This document shows, piece after piece, positions 18,101-28,236 of a DNA stretch of 64,000 nucleotides. The DNA lies in assembly GCA_049588475.1 (NCBI GenBank), contig JBAVYX010000511.1, positions 7,890 to 71,889 of the forward strand, written 5' to 3'. Each line of letters opens with the position of its first letter. Position 1 is the stretch's first letter. The notes beneath the pieces are model-generated. The model was not told the DNA's origin, ran no database searches, and saw only the letters and a list, made by a program, of their open reading frames with translations. The DNA is from Silvibacterium sp. Its GTDB lineage: Bacteria > Acidobacteriota > Terriglobia > Terriglobales > Acidobacteriaceae. A program made the position numbers and the translations under genes.

Positions 18101-20611
18101 ATGAAACCCCTTAAACTGGTTACTACACCGACGCGCAATCGTCGCCTGAATGAGTTGATTGGGCTGCTGATGCTGGTCGCCGCGATCCTTCTTCTTCTCG
18201 CTCTCTTGTCTTATCGCCCCACCGACCCCTCGCTCAACACCGTTGGCGGATACGCAGTCGGCCGACCCGCGCACAACTGGACGGGGCTCATCGGCGCGTG
18301 GATTAGCGATCTGCTGCTGCAACTGGAGGGTGTCACCGCGTTCTGCCTGCCGCTGCTGGCCGGCGCGCTGGGATGGGCCTGGCTGCTCTCGCGCCCCGCT
18401 GGTTCGCCCGGGGCCAAACTCATCGGGATTGTGCTCTGCCTGGTCTTCGCTCCAGCGCTGGCTGGCCTGCTGCCCGGACATCTACGTTTCATGTACGGCC
18501 TGCCCATCGAGGGGCTTACCGGCCGGCTGGCCTCGGACGCACTTGTGCAGTGGCTGAATTTCCCCGGAGCATGCGTCGTCGCCGTCAGTATGGTAGCCAT
18601 TGCCCTCTACCTTTCGACCACATTCAGCTTCAATACCGCGCGGGAATGGCTGGCTGCCCGTTTCGCGTTTCTCTTCGCCTGGCGCGACCGCTGGGTAAAC
18701 TGGCGCGCGGCACGTGCCCGGGTGAAGGAATTGAAGACGGAGGCGCGGATGGAAAAGATCCGCGCAAAAGAATTAGACAAAGCGCGCAAAGCCGCAGCGA
18801 AGATGGCGAAGAGCGAGCGAAGGAACGGCGCTCGTATCACGGAAACCGAAGGCGACGACGATTCCAAGAGTCACCGTCAGCGAGGTTTCGCCGAGATGTT
18901 CTCCGACGCTCCGGCACAGCAAAGCGTGTGGGAGCAGATGCCGCGCGCGACCGTTCCCGAGCCCGAGCCGGAACCCGAGCCTGTTGTTGAGCCGTCTCCG
19001 CCAGCATCGAAACCACACCTGGTGGCACGGCGGGAGGTGCCGCAGGCGCGGCAGGAACCCACATTCGATCATCAGAATATTGCCGTCCGCGAACGGGCCG
19101 ATGCCGAGGCCCGCACTGTGACGGTAGCTCCAAAATCAGTAAGTGGATTCAAGCTGCCGCCGAGCACCCTTCTGCACCGCAGCGAAGATACGCAGATTGT
19201 TCGCGAGGATGCCTTACGCATCGAGGCTCAGGTTCTGGTGGAGAAGTGCGCGGAGTTCGACGTGCTCGGCCAGATAGTCCAGATCAATCCGGGCCCAGTG
19301 GTTACGACCTTCGAGTTTCGTCCAGAAGCCGGCGTGAAGTACAGCCGCGTGACTGGACTCGCGGAAGATCTGTGCCTGGCGATGCGCGCGGAGAGCATCC
19401 TGATCGAGCGCATGGCCGGCAAGAGCACAGTCGGCATCCAGGTGCCGAACCACGACCGCGAGACCATCTGGCTGCGCGACGTGATCGAAGCGGAGAATTT
19501 CCGCAACGCAAAGAGCAAATTGACCCTGGCGATGGGGAAAGACATCAACGGGCGCATTGTTACGGCAGATCTCACCACCATGCCTCACGTGCTGATCGCC
19601 GGCTCGACAGGCAGCGGCAAATCGGTCGCGATCAACGCGATGATCATGTCGGTGCTCTACAAGGCGACGCCCGCTCAGGTGCGGCTCATCCTCGTCGACC
19701 CCAAGCGCGTGGAACTAGGCATGTATGAGGGCATTCCGCACCTCTTCACTCCGATCATCACCGAGCCAAAGCTCGCGGCAAATGCATTGCGCAACGCCGT
19801 TCGCGAGATGGAGCGGCGACTCAAGCTACTCGCTTCCCGCAGCGTGCGCAACATCGATCAATACAACAAGCTCTTTGAAAATGGCACGCCCAGCCTCTTC
19901 GACGATACGCCGGACGAAGAGCCGCTGCCCTACATCATGATCATCATCGATGAGCTGGCCGACCTGATGATGCTGGACAAGGCGAACGTGGAAGAGGCCA
20001 TCACACGGCTGGCGCAGATGGCCCGCGCTGTGGGCATTCACCTGGTTCTGGCAACGCAGCGGCCTTCGGTGGACGTGATTACCGGACTGATCAAAGCAAA
20101 TGTCCCCACGCGCATGTCGTTCCGGCTGGCGACGAAAGTGGATTCACGCACCATTCTCGACTCGAACGGGGCGGAGTCTTTGCTAGGACGCGGCGACATG
20201 CTCTTTCTCCCTCCGGGCACTTCAAGGCTGCAGCGCGTGCATGCGCCATTCGTCACGGAAAAAGAAATCGCCGCGGTTACAGATTTCTGGAAGACGCAGG
20301 GTCACGCCGAATATGTGCAGGGCTTCCTCGAAGCTCCGAAAGATGCCGGTGGACGCGATACTGATTTAGGCGAAGAAAGCGACGACGGGAACGACGAACT
20401 CTTCCAGGATGCGGTACGCCTCGTGCTCGAGTTCGGCAAGGCCTCCACTTCCCTTCTCCAGAGGCGTCTACGGATCGGTTATGGTCGCGCCGCGCACCTG
20501 ATCGACCTGATGGAGCGCGATGGAATCGTAGGCCCGGCGGAAGGAACAAAACCCCGTGAAATCCTCAAACCACCGGACTGGCTGAACGAAATGGAAGCTA
20601 CATTGCGGTAG
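18101..20611 (+). CDS. ftsK: DNA translocase FtsK
   Basis: N-terminal TM helices, a charged/Pro-rich linker (PEPEPEPEP), the motor domain with Walker A GSTGSGKSV, IIIDELADLMM, and a C-terminal gamma winged helix (LLQRRLRIGYGRAAHLIDLMERDGIVGP). Confidence 0.92.
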   Translation: MKPLKLVTTPTRNRRLNELIGLLMLVAAILLLLALLSYRPTDPSLNTVGGYAVGRPAHNWTGLIGAWISDLLLQLEGVTAFCLPLLAGALGWAWLLSRPAGSPGAKLIGIVLCLVFAPALAGLLPGHLRFMYGLPIEGLTGRLASDALVQWLNFPGACVVAVSMVAIALYLSTTFSFNTAREWLAARFAFLFAWRDRWVNWRAARARVKELKTEARMEKIRAKELDKARKAAAKMAKSERRNGARITETEGDDDSKSHRQRGFAEMFSDAPAQQSVWEQMPRATVPEPEPEPEPVVEPSPPASKPHLVARREVPQARQEPTFDHQNIAVRERADAEARTVTVAPKSVSGFKLPPSTLLHRSEDTQIVREDALRIEAQVLVEKCAEFDVLGQIVQINPGPVVTTFEFRPEAGVKYSRVTGLAEDLCLAMRAESILIERMAGKSTVGIQVPNHDRETIWLRDVIEAENFRNAKSKLTLAMGKDINGRIVTADLTTMPHVLIAGSTGSGKSVAINAMIMSVLYKATPAQVRLILVDPKRVELGMYEGIPHLFTPIITEPKLAANALRNAVREMERRLKLLASRSVRNIDQYNKLFENGTPSLFDDTPDEEPLPYIMIIIDELADLMMLDKANVEEAITRLAQMARAVGIHLVLATQRPSVDVITGLIKANVPTRMSFRLATKVDSRTILDSNGAESLLGRGDMLFLPPGTSRLQRVHAPFVTEKEIAAVTDFWKTQGHAEYVQGFLEAPKDAGGRDTDLGEESDDGNDELFQDAVRLVLEFGKASTSLLQRRLRIGYGRAAHLIDLMERDGIVGPAEGTKPREILKPPDWLNEMEATLR

Positions 20612-20645
20612 AAAAGCGCGCACCGATTAGAGGCCGCGCTTTTTC
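20611..20645 (+). terminator. Rho-independent terminator after ftsK
   Basis: AAAAGCGCG (20612-20620) pairs with CGCGCTTTT (20635-20643), running into a T tract. It overlaps the stop codon. Confidence 0.55.
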
Positions 20646-20743
20646 TACCGAACCTGCTCCCATCTGCAATACATCCAATAAGACGAGGAATCAGTTATGC
20701 TTACTCGCCAGTTGACCGCGAACTTGGTTCAGGCGTAAGACGG

Positions 20744-21478
20744 ATGCCTCACGAAACAAACGACGCGACGAAACACCGCAGGTTGATGGTCATCGATGAC
20801 GATGCTCTGAGCCTCTCCGTTATCTGTCTGCTTCTTAAATCGGACGGCTATGAGGTAGTAACGGCCGCGGATGGAACAGAGGCGATCAAGATACTCGGCG
20901 AATTGCCGCAGGATGCGCTGCCCTTCGTCTTGCTGGCAGATCTGCGAATGCCCGGGATCTGCGGACTTGATCTCGCAGTTGCGCTCCGGGCGGCAGCTCC
21001 GCAGGCGACCCTGCTGGCCATGAGCGCCACTCCCGACGCCGCGGAAGGCTATGACGGTTTTTTGGAAAAGCCGCTCGATCCTACAACGCTGCGACGGGCG
21101 TTGGAGATGCAGAGGAGCGTCCCGGCGCCGGCCATGGCAACCGACCAGCAGCCGATGCTGGACGAAGCGGTCTATAGAAAATTCCTGGGCATGATGCCCC
21201 GAGAGGCTGTAAGTGAGATCTATGAGGTATGTCTCAACGACGCTCGCACGCGCGTAGTAGAAATGCGCAGCGCACGCGCGGCGAACGACCTGGCCTCCGT
21301 ACGGCGGATAGCCCACACCGTCAAAGGAGGGGCGGGCATGGTAGGCGCTCAAAAACTGGCTGCGGCCGCGGCCGAGTTGGAACTGGGAGACTACCGAAAA
21401 GAGAATATCTCTGAATTGATAGACAATTTATTGTTCTGTTGTGACGAGTTACAGCGTATCCTATTGACCAAGTTATGA
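20744..21478 (+). CDS. Response-regulator receiver domain fused to an Hpt phosphotransfer domain
   Basis: REC features: RRLMVIDDD...LLADLRMPG...LEKPL. The C-terminus carries the Hpt histidine motif IAHTVKGGAGMVGAQKL. Confidence 0.75.
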   Translation: MPHETNDATKHRRLMVIDDDALSLSVICLLLKSDGYEVVTAADGTEAIKILGELPQDALPFVLLADLRMPGICGLDLAVALRAAAPQATLLAMSATPDAAEGYDGFLEKPLDPTTLRRALEMQRSVPAPAMATDQQPMLDEAVYRKFLGMMPREAVSEIYEVCLNDARTRVVEMRSARAANDLASVRRIAHTVKGGAGMVGAQKLAAAAAELELGDYRKENISELIDNLLFCCDELQRILLTKL

Positions 21479-22200
21479 TTATGACCCCCGCGACGAAACA
21501 AGCCAAAAGCCCGCCTCCCTCGAGCACACAACGCCCAGCTCCAGCCATCCGGATTCTGTTGGCAGACGATCATCCGGTCGTCCGCATCGGTGTGCGCAAC
21601 ATGCTGCAGGCCGACCCGGCATTTACCGTGATCGGCGAGGCTGGAGACGGCGACGAGGCCATTACCCAAACACTCGAGCTGCTGCCAGATATTCTATTGC
21701 TCGATCTCTCCATGCCACGCCTGCCCGGACTGGAGGCGATGCGTGCCATCATGAGCGGCTCGCCCACGGTCAAGATCATCCTGTTGACCAGCACCATCAC
21801 CGTACAGCAGATCATTGAAGCTTTGCAGATCGGCGCGCGCGGCATCGTGCTGAAAGACGCCCTTACCGATCACCTCACCAGCTCTATCCGCACGGTTGCC
21901 TCCGGCGATTACTGGATCGGTGGCCGCAGGGTCGTGAACCTGGTCGGCGCATTGCACGAACTGATGAAGCAGGCGGCTGTGCCCGAGCGTAAAACCTTCG
22001 GTCTCACCCCGCGCGAAATGCAAGTGGTGGGCTGCATTGTCGAGGGCTGCAGCAACCGCGATATCGCCAAACAGTTCGGTCTGAGCGAAGAGACGGTCAA
22101 GCGGCACCTCTCAAATACCTTCGATAAGACTGGCGTCTCGACCCGGCTCGAGCTGGCGATGTTTGCCATTGCTCACAGATTGGTTGCCCTGCAGGACTGA
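21475..22200 (+). CDS. NarL/FixJ (LuxR-type) response regulator
   Basis: REC features: IRILLADDHPVVR...LLLDLSMPRLPG. LuxR HTH: LTPREMQVVGCIVEGCSNRDIAKQFGLSEETVKRHLSNTFDKTGV. The ATGA overlap with the upstream gene suggests translational coupling. Confidence 0.85.
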   Translation: MIMTPATKQAKSPPPSSTQRPAPAIRILLADDHPVVRIGVRNMLQADPAFTVIGEAGDGDEAITQTLELLPDILLLDLSMPRLPGLEAMRAIMSGSPTVKIILLTSTITVQQIIEALQIGARGIVLKDALTDHLTSSIRTVASGDYWIGGRRVVNLVGALHELMKQAAVPERKTFGLTPREMQVVGCIVEGCSNRDIAKQFGLSEETVKRHLSNTFDKTGVSTRLELAMFAIAHRLVALQD

Positions 22201-22388
22201 TTTTATTTGCGAAGAATGCGTTCTTTTTTTCCCGCCCATACCTTTGCTTGGGGGGCACCTTCCATCTAACTCCGAAGCACCCATCTCTGGCGGCGAGCAG
22301 TTGGAGCCACATCGAGATTGCTTGCAGTACCCTTCCGATTCCTATTGGGGAGCGACGAAGGGACAAAGCGCTGAAGGAGCTTAGGAAA

Positions 22389-24002
22389 ATGAAAAATCCC
22401 CAGTTAGTGACACTCTTTATCTGCGCCGTTTGTGGCTTTGCAAGCGCGCAGGAGATGAATCCCACCGCCACACAGCAATGGCCGCAGGAGCACCGGCAAC
22501 AGCCGCAGGCTGAGACGCGAGATGGCGAGTCCGTTTACGTCTACAAAATTACGGTTGTTGGCCGAGACATTCCTGCTATCAACTATTTCCATCGGAGCGG
22601 CCCCACAAAGATTGGCTTTGAAGGCACGAGCCTGCTCGCACAGGGCAGCGGTTCCGCCACGGTTGAAAGCCGGCGCGGCCGCATGGTTATTGACGCGAAA
22701 TTTGAGGGCCTTGTTCCGGCCAATAGTTTCGGCGTCGAGTATCTTACGTATGTTCTGTGGGCGATCACTCCCGAGGGCCGTCCTACAAACCTTGGTGAGG
22801 TGCTGCCCGCGGGATCGAAGAGCGAAATTACCGTCACCACGGACTTGCAGACGTATGGTTTGATCGTAACCGCTGAACCTTACTATGCCGTCACGATGCC
22901 CAGCGATGTCGTTGTCCTCCAGAACTACCCCCTCCAGGATAAGACGCAGGGCATTATCGAGCAGGTAAATGCGCACTTCTCCCTCTTACCACGAGGCGCT
23001 TATTCCCAGACCGCAGGGCAGCATACAGTCCTGCGTCCTATCACACGTGATGAACAGTCTCCTCTCGAACTCTACGAAGCGATCAACGCTGTACAGATCT
23101 CTGAAGCCGCCGGAGCAAATAAATATGCTGCGGATACTCTGATGACAGCCAAACAGGACCTGCAGAATGCGCAGGACATGAACAGCCACGGGAAGGAGCG
23201 CAAACAGGAGATCACCTATGCGCGCGAGGCAGTTCAGGCCGCCGAAGATGCTCGCATCATGACCATCCGCAAGATGAAAGCCGAGGATGAGCGGCATCAG
23301 CGAGAAGCCAGCGAGCAGGCCATCCAGCAATCGGCCCTCGCAGCACAACAAGAGGCTACGCAACGCGCCGAGGCCGATGCTCGTGCTGCTGAAGCAGAAG
23401 CCGCAGCCCAAAGGGCGCGTGCGGATCAGGCGGCGGCGCAGCAACAGGCAAGACAGGCGGTGGACCAAACCGAGCGAATGCGTGAGCACCTGAGGGAGCA
23501 GCTGAATGCAGTATTAACAACTCGTGAAACTGCTCGAGGGCTTATCGTCAACATGTCCGACGTGCTCTTCGATTTCAACCAATACACTTTGAAACCGGGT
23601 GCTCGCGAAAAACTGGCAAAGGTTTCCGGCATCCTGTTGTCCTATCCCAACCTCAAGCTTCAAGTGGAGGGCTACACGGATAACATTGGCTCAGGGGAAT
23701 ACAACCAGAAGCTCTCGGAAGAACGGGCTGATTCCGTCCGAGATTATCTGGTAGCCCAGGGCGTTGGGCAGCCCAGCATCAGCGCTGCCGGTTATGGCAA
23801 AAGCGATCCTGTAGCCGACAACTCTACCGATTCGGGCCGCGCGCAGAATCGTCGCGTGCAGCTGGTGGTGTCGGGCAATGCCATTGGTGTACAGGAGAGT
23901 GCTCCGTCGGCAAGCGGCGGTGAATCGATGAACCAGGTTCCCCCTCAGGCACGTCCGCAGCAGCCCTATGCAACCGGTGTATCCAACGTTCCGCAAGAGT
24001 AA
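22389..24002 (+). CDS. OmpA-family protein with DUF4398-like and coiled-coil regions
   Basis: ATG 22389 follows AAGGAG and gives the signal peptide MKNPQLVTLFICAVCGFASAQE. The middle segment ELYEAINAVQISEAAGANKYAADTLMTAKQDLQNAQ is DUF4398-like, followed by a Q/A/E-rich coil. The C-terminal OmpA domain reads FDFNQYTLKP...EGYTDNIGSGEYNQKLSEERADSVRDYL...NRRVQLVVSG. Confidence 0.8.
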   Translation: MKNPQLVTLFICAVCGFASAQEMNPTATQQWPQEHRQQPQAETRDGESVYVYKITVVGRDIPAINYFHRSGPTKIGFEGTSLLAQGSGSATVESRRGRMVIDAKFEGLVPANSFGVEYLTYVLWAITPEGRPTNLGEVLPAGSKSEITVTTDLQTYGLIVTAEPYYAVTMPSDVVVLQNYPLQDKTQGIIEQVNAHFSLLPRGAYSQTAGQHTVLRPITRDEQSPLELYEAINAVQISEAAGANKYAADTLMTAKQDLQNAQDMNSHGKERKQEITYAREAVQAAEDARIMTIRKMKAEDERHQREASEQAIQQSALAAQQEATQRAEADARAAEAEAAAQRARADQAAAQQQARQAVDQTERMREHLREQLNAVLTTRETARGLIVNMSDVLFDFNQYTLKPGAREKLAKVSGILLSYPNLKLQVEGYTDNIGSGEYNQKLSEERADSVRDYLVAQGVGQPSISAAGYGKSDPVADNSTDSGRAQNRRVQLVVSGNAIGVQESAPSASGGESMNQVPPQARPQQPYATGVSNVPQE

Positions 24003-24027
24003 CGTCGTGTTCCCGCTCAAATCGAAT

Positions 24028-24058
24028 GGCCGCTCCTTCACGAGCGGCTGTTCTTTTG
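24028..24058 (+). terminator. Probable intrinsic terminator after the OmpA-family gene
   Basis: GCCGCTC pairs with GAGCGGC (loop CTTCAC) and is followed by TGTTCTTTTG. Confidence 0.5.
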
Positions 24059-24114
24059 TAGGCCACTTCTGGCTTCTGTTGATCCAAAATAATTAAAGGA
24101 CGCCGGAGATCCGT

Positions 24115-24996
24115 ATGAGAATTGCATTTCTTGGACTTGGGAAAATGGGCAGCGCTGTTGCACGGCATCTCTTGAATGCCAACCATGAACTTACCGTGTG
24201 GAACCGGACGGTCGCGCATGCCGAACCGCTCAGGGAGCTCGGCGCAAAAGTAGCAACTTCGCCATCCGAAGCTGTTGCTCTCTCGGAAGTCACTTTCACC
24301 ATGGTGATGGACGACGCGGCACTCGAAGATGTGATGTTCAGTGCGAACGCTCTCAACGCGATGCCACCGGATAGTATTCACCTTTCACTCAGCACCATCA
24401 GCGTAAAGCTTTCAGACCGTCTTACCGTGGCACATCGTGCGGAGGGCGGACATTTTGTGGCCGCGCCTGTCTTCGGACGGCCCGATGTAGCCGAGGAGGG
24501 TCGCCTATGGACAGCTGCCGCCGGCGAGCCGCAGGCCATCGCGAAGATTCGGCCCTTGCTCGATACCTTCAGCCGCGGCGTCACCGTCGTGTCCGAAGAG
24601 CCTTCGAGCGCGCATGCGCTCAAGTTGGGCGGAAATTTTCTGATTACCGCCATGATCGCATCGCTGTCGGAGAGCCTGGTATATGCCGAAGCTTTGGGCA
24701 TTGAGCCCCGGCTCTTCCTCGAGACCATCAACACCGCCCTTTTTCAATCGCCCTTCTACCAGAACTACGGCAAGATCATGCTCGATCCTCCGGAACACGC
24801 CGGGGGAACCATCGCGCTCGGCGAAAAGGACATCCTGTTGTTCCGCGAGGCCGCGAGATCCGCCGGGGTGACGACGCCTTTGGCTGATACCTTTGAAGAG
24901 CACCTTCAAAGGGCAATCGACGCCGGCATGAAGAATGAGGACTGGGCTGCGGGCTACTATCGTCTCACGCAAAGCATGACGCGCAGCGTCCCATAA
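24115..24996 (+). CDS. NAD(P)-dependent oxidoreductase, 3-hydroxyisobutyrate/6-phosphogluconate dehydrogenase-like
   Basis: MRIAFLGLGKMGSAVARHL is a dinucleotide-binding N-terminus. The length and helical C-terminal domain are typical of the HIBADH family. Confidence 0.8.
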   Translation: MRIAFLGLGKMGSAVARHLLNANHELTVWNRTVAHAEPLRELGAKVATSPSEAVALSEVTFTMVMDDAALEDVMFSANALNAMPPDSIHLSLSTISVKLSDRLTVAHRAEGGHFVAAPVFGRPDVAEEGRLWTAAAGEPQAIAKIRPLLDTFSRGVTVVSEEPSSAHALKLGGNFLITAMIASLSESLVYAEALGIEPRLFLETINTALFQSPFYQNYGKIMLDPPEHAGGTIALGEKDILLFREAARSAGVTTPLADTFEEHLQRAIDAGMKNEDWAAGYYRLTQSMTRSVP

Positions 24997-25010
24997 ACTA
25001 CGATATCTCC

Positions 25011-25787
25011 ATGGGAAAACTGGACGACTCTGTTGTCTTTATTACGGGTGCAAGCGCAGGCATTGGCGAAGCGTGCGCCTTCGCATTTGCTATGGAGGGT
25101 GCGCGGCTTCTGCTCGCGGCCCGGCGAATCGATCGCATGGAAGAAGCTAAACCAAAACTGCTCACGGCAGGCGCGACCGATGTGCATCTCTTTTCGCTCG
25201 ACGTTCGCGACTACAAAGCAGTCGAAAGCGCCATCGCTGGCCTGCCTATCGAATGGCAAGCCATCGATATCCTCGTGAACAACGCGGGATTGAGTCGCGG
25301 CCTGGACAAACTGTACCAAGGCAAGATTCAGGACTGGGACGAGATGATCGACACCAACGTCAAAGGCTTGCTCTACGTAACGCGGGTGGTTGTGCCAGGC
25401 ATGGTTCAGCGCGGCAAAGGGCATGTCATCAGTCTTGGATCGACCGCTGGCGAGATAACCTATCCGAACGGCGCCGTCTATTGCGCGACCAAGGCAGCGG
25501 AACGCGCCATCAGCGATGGTTTGCGCGAGGATGTTTTAGGAACACCAGTGCGCGTCACGAGCATCGATCCTGGCATGGTAGAAACCGACTTCAGCCTGGT
25601 GCGCTTCCATGGAAACGCTGAACGCGCCGCCAAGGTTTATCAAGGACTTATTCCGCTCACGCCCGCTGATGTCGCCGATGCAATTGTCTGGTCAGCAACC
25701 CGTCCGGCCCACGTCAATATAGCCCGCATCGTGATGACGCCGATCGATCAGGCAAATTCGCTTCTCTTTAATCGTAAACCCCAATGA
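25011..25787 (+). CDS. SDR-family NAD(P)-dependent oxidoreductase (YdfG-like)
   Basis: VVFITGASAGIG, NNAG, and YCATKAA (YxxxK) motifs. Confidence 0.85.
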   Translation: MGKLDDSVVFITGASAGIGEACAFAFAMEGARLLLAARRIDRMEEAKPKLLTAGATDVHLFSLDVRDYKAVESAIAGLPIEWQAIDILVNNAGLSRGLDKLYQGKIQDWDEMIDTNVKGLLYVTRVVVPGMVQRGKGHVISLGSTAGEITYPNGAVYCATKAAERAISDGLREDVLGTPVRVTSIDPGMVETDFSLVRFHGNAERAAKVYQGLIPLTPADVADAIVWSATRPAHVNIARIVMTPIDQANSLLFNRKPQ

Positions 25788-25815
25788 CAGGAAATAGGCG
25801 GTAGTAACAACTGCG

Positions 25816-26061
25816 TTACGAAAATGCCCGGAGGCGCTCTTCGATGTCGGAAAGAGCAGCATTCAAAGCGGCGCGGCGGTGCGGATTGGAAGTGCGTTCA
25901 TCCAATATTCGCTCGCGCTGCAGTTCCAAAGCTTGGCGCTGCCGTTGCCTGTCGGCCTGCACGGCGGAGGCTTGCCTTGCAACTGCCGGCGTACGCTCAT
26001 TACCTGCCTGCCGATCGGCAACCTGTTCTTCCACTGACTTACTCTCCCACCCTCTGGCCAT
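25816..26061 (-). CDS. Small charged coiled-coil protein, function unknown
   Basis: MARGWESKSVEEQVADRQ...LELQRERILDERTSNPHRRAALNAALSDIEERLRAFS looks protein-like. The two overlapping plus-strand ORFs look like GC-driven artefacts. Confidence 0.4.
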   Translation of the reverse strand: MARGWESKSVEEQVADRQAGNERTPAVARQASAVQADRQRQRQALELQRERILDERTSNPHRRAALNAALSDIEERLRAFS

Positions 26062-26149
26062 AACTTGATGTTACTGCCAATCTGCCTGCATCCGTGAGAT
26101 ATTCAGCCGCATAGAGAGAAATGCACGAATCTTTCGTAATGGAGCAAAT

Positions 26150-27163
26150 ATGAAGGTCTGGCAAATTCCTTCCTTCGGCATCGACACTCTGGAGCTCGTA
26201 GATCGCCCCACACCTCAACCCTGGCATGGTCAGGTTTTGGTCAAAGTGCATGCGATCTCGCTGAACTATCGCGATTTATTAGTGGTGCTGGGTAAGTACA
26301 ACCCCAGGCTCGCGCTGCCGCGTATTCCCTGCTCCGATGGAGCGGGCGAGGTTGTTGCGCTTGGCGACGGCGTGAAACGAGTGCAGATCGGCCAGCGTGT
26401 GGCCGGCATCTTCATGCAGCATTGGATTGACGGCGCTCCCGACGCCGCAAAGCAACGCGGCGCGCTCGGTGGCAACATCGATGGCATGCTCGCCGAGTAC
26501 GTCGTACTCGATGAGAACGGACTGGTCGAAGTTCCCGGGCACCTGAGTTGGGAAGAAGCCGCGACTCTGCCCTGCGCCGGTGTTACAGCGTGGAACGCCG
26601 TCGTGCATGCGGGCCGCATCAACCCAGGCGATACAGTTTTGATTCAAGGAACCGGCGGCGTCTCTATCTTTGCGCTGCAGTTCGCAAAATTATTAGGAGC
26701 ACGCGTACTTGGCACATCGAGCAGCGGTGAGAAATTAGAGCGCGCATACAAACTCGGGCTCGACTCAGGGGTGAACTATAAACATACTGCTGACTGGGCG
26801 AAGTGGGTCCTTGAACAAACCAACGGCGGGGGCGTGGACCTGGTTGTCGAAGTCGGGGGCGCGGGAACATTTGCCCAGTCCCTTAAGGCCGTTCGCATTG
26901 GCGGAACGATTGCGCAGATCGGCGTTCTCAGCCAGTCAAGTGAGCCTCTGCAGATCGGTCCTCTCTTGCACAAGCAGATTCGTCTCAATGGAATTTATGT
27001 GGGATCACGAGCCGATTTCGAGGAAATGAACAAGGCTATTCTCATGCATTCTTTAAAACCGGCAGTCGATCAAACATTTGCGTTCTATGAAGTAAAACAG
27101 GCGTTACAAACAATGGAATCTGGCTCACACTTTGGCAAGTTGGTGATTAGCATGAAGTCGTGA
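26150..27163 (+). CDS. Zinc-type alcohol dehydrogenase / quinone oxidoreductase family (MDR)
   Basis: GQVLVKVHAISLNYRDLL, PCSDGAGEVVALG, and the GTGGVSIFALQFAKLLGA Rossmann motif. Confidence 0.85.
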   Translation: MKVWQIPSFGIDTLELVDRPTPQPWHGQVLVKVHAISLNYRDLLVVLGKYNPRLALPRIPCSDGAGEVVALGDGVKRVQIGQRVAGIFMQHWIDGAPDAAKQRGALGGNIDGMLAEYVVLDENGLVEVPGHLSWEEAATLPCAGVTAWNAVVHAGRINPGDTVLIQGTGGVSIFALQFAKLLGARVLGTSSSGEKLERAYKLGLDSGVNYKHTADWAKWVLEQTNGGGVDLVVEVGGAGTFAQSLKAVRIGGTIAQIGVLSQSSEPLQIGPLLHKQIRLNGIYVGSRADFEEMNKAILMHSLKPAVDQTFAFYEVKQALQTMESGSHFGKLVISMKS

Positions 27164-27291
27164 ATTTCGCATGAACAGCGGCCTTCCCTTCGATTCAACA
27201 TCCCAACGAGTGTCAGGTTGCCCGCCCCGTATACTATGGGCAAGGCACTGAGTGCCCACCTCAATGATTTCCCCAGGCAGGCGCTGCATTT

Positions 27292-28236
27292 GTGATTGTT
27301 GAAATCGCGGGTCTCATCAAGGTCTACCAGGACAAGCAGCAGCGGACAACGGCGGTCGATGGCATCGATCTAACGGTCGAGGAAGGCGAGCTTTTCGGCT
27401 TGCTTGGCCCGAACGGTGCGGGTAAAACCACGACCATCGGAATCTGCACCACACGCACACTGCCGACCGGCGGTAGCGTCGCCATCGCAGGTGTCGATGT
27501 GGTGGCGCGACCCGCTGCTGCGCGCAGAAATATCGGCGTCGTGCCGCAGTACAATACGCTCGATCGCTCCCTGACCATCTTTGAGAACCTCTACTACCAT
27601 TGCAAATACTTTGGCTTCAGCGGCACTGAAGCGCGCGAGCGTGCGGATGGGCTGCTGAAACAGTTTCTTTTGCACGAACGCGGTGAGAGCTTTCCCTCAC
27701 AGCTTTCCGGTGGTCTCCAGCAGCGTGTGCAGATCGCGCGGGCAATCGCCCACCGGCCGGCGGTGCTGTTCCTTGACGAGCCGAGCGCGGGCCTCGACCC
27801 GCAAAGCCGTATAGCCATGTGGGACGCGGTGCGCGCGTTACGCGAGGAAAGGATCACCGTAGTGCTGACTACGCACTACATGGAAGAGGCCGACGAGCTG
27901 TGCGATCGGGTGGCTATTATCGACCACGGAAAATTGCTTGCGCTCGATGCACCGCAACGGCTCAAAACTACGCTTGGCGCGGACACCGTCATTGAACTTG
28001 AGCTTCGCCAAAGTGACGACACGCAACCACTCGCGGCGAAACTGAATTCCTTATCGCAAATCACCAGCATAGAGACGACGCCGGGCGGCCTGCGTATCTT
28101 TGCGCACGGAACAGACGGCCTGCTGCCAGAAATCGTAAAAGCGGCGCTAAGTTACGGCGTGCGAGATATCTCTATCAACGAGCCCAGCCTGGAGACGGTA
28201 TTCATTCGGCTGACGGGGAGAGACCTGCGTGAGTAA
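27292..28236 (+). CDS. ABC transporter ATP-binding protein (ABC-2/DrrA-like)
   Basis: Walker A GPNGAGKTTT, signature LSGGLQQRV, Walker B VLFLDEPSAGLD. GTG start. Confidence 0.9.
   Translation: MIVEIAGLIKVYQDKQQRTTAVDGIDLTVEEGELFGLLGPNGAGKTTTIGICTTRTLPTGGSVAIAGVDVVARPAAARRNIGVVPQYNTLDRSLTIFENLYYHCKYFGFSGTEARERADGLLKQFLLHERGESFPSQLSGGLQQRVQIARAIAHRPAVLFLDEPSAGLDPQSRIAMWDAVRALREERITVVLTTHYMEEADELCDRVAIIDHGKLLALDAPQRLKTTLGADTVIELELRQSDDTQPLAAKLNSLSQITSIETTPGGLRIFAHGTDGLLPEIVKAALSYGVRDISINEPSLETVFIRLTGRDLRE

Noticed and set aside
18950-18990. Short repeat CCCGAGCCCGAGCCGGAACCCGAGCC in ftsK
   Set aside because: It is an in-frame coding low-complexity stretch (PEPEPEPEP) in the FtsK linker, not a CRISPR or regulatory repeat.
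20697-20738. 13-codon ORF (MLTRQLTANLVQA*) with a GAGGA SD just upstream of the REC-Hpt gene
   Set aside because: It is too short to evaluate without conservation or ribosome-profiling data, and it could be chance.
22200-22240. T-rich stretch after the LuxR-type regulator as a terminator
   Set aside because: A T tract (TTCTTTTTTT) is present, but I could not find a convincing GC-rich stem preceding it.
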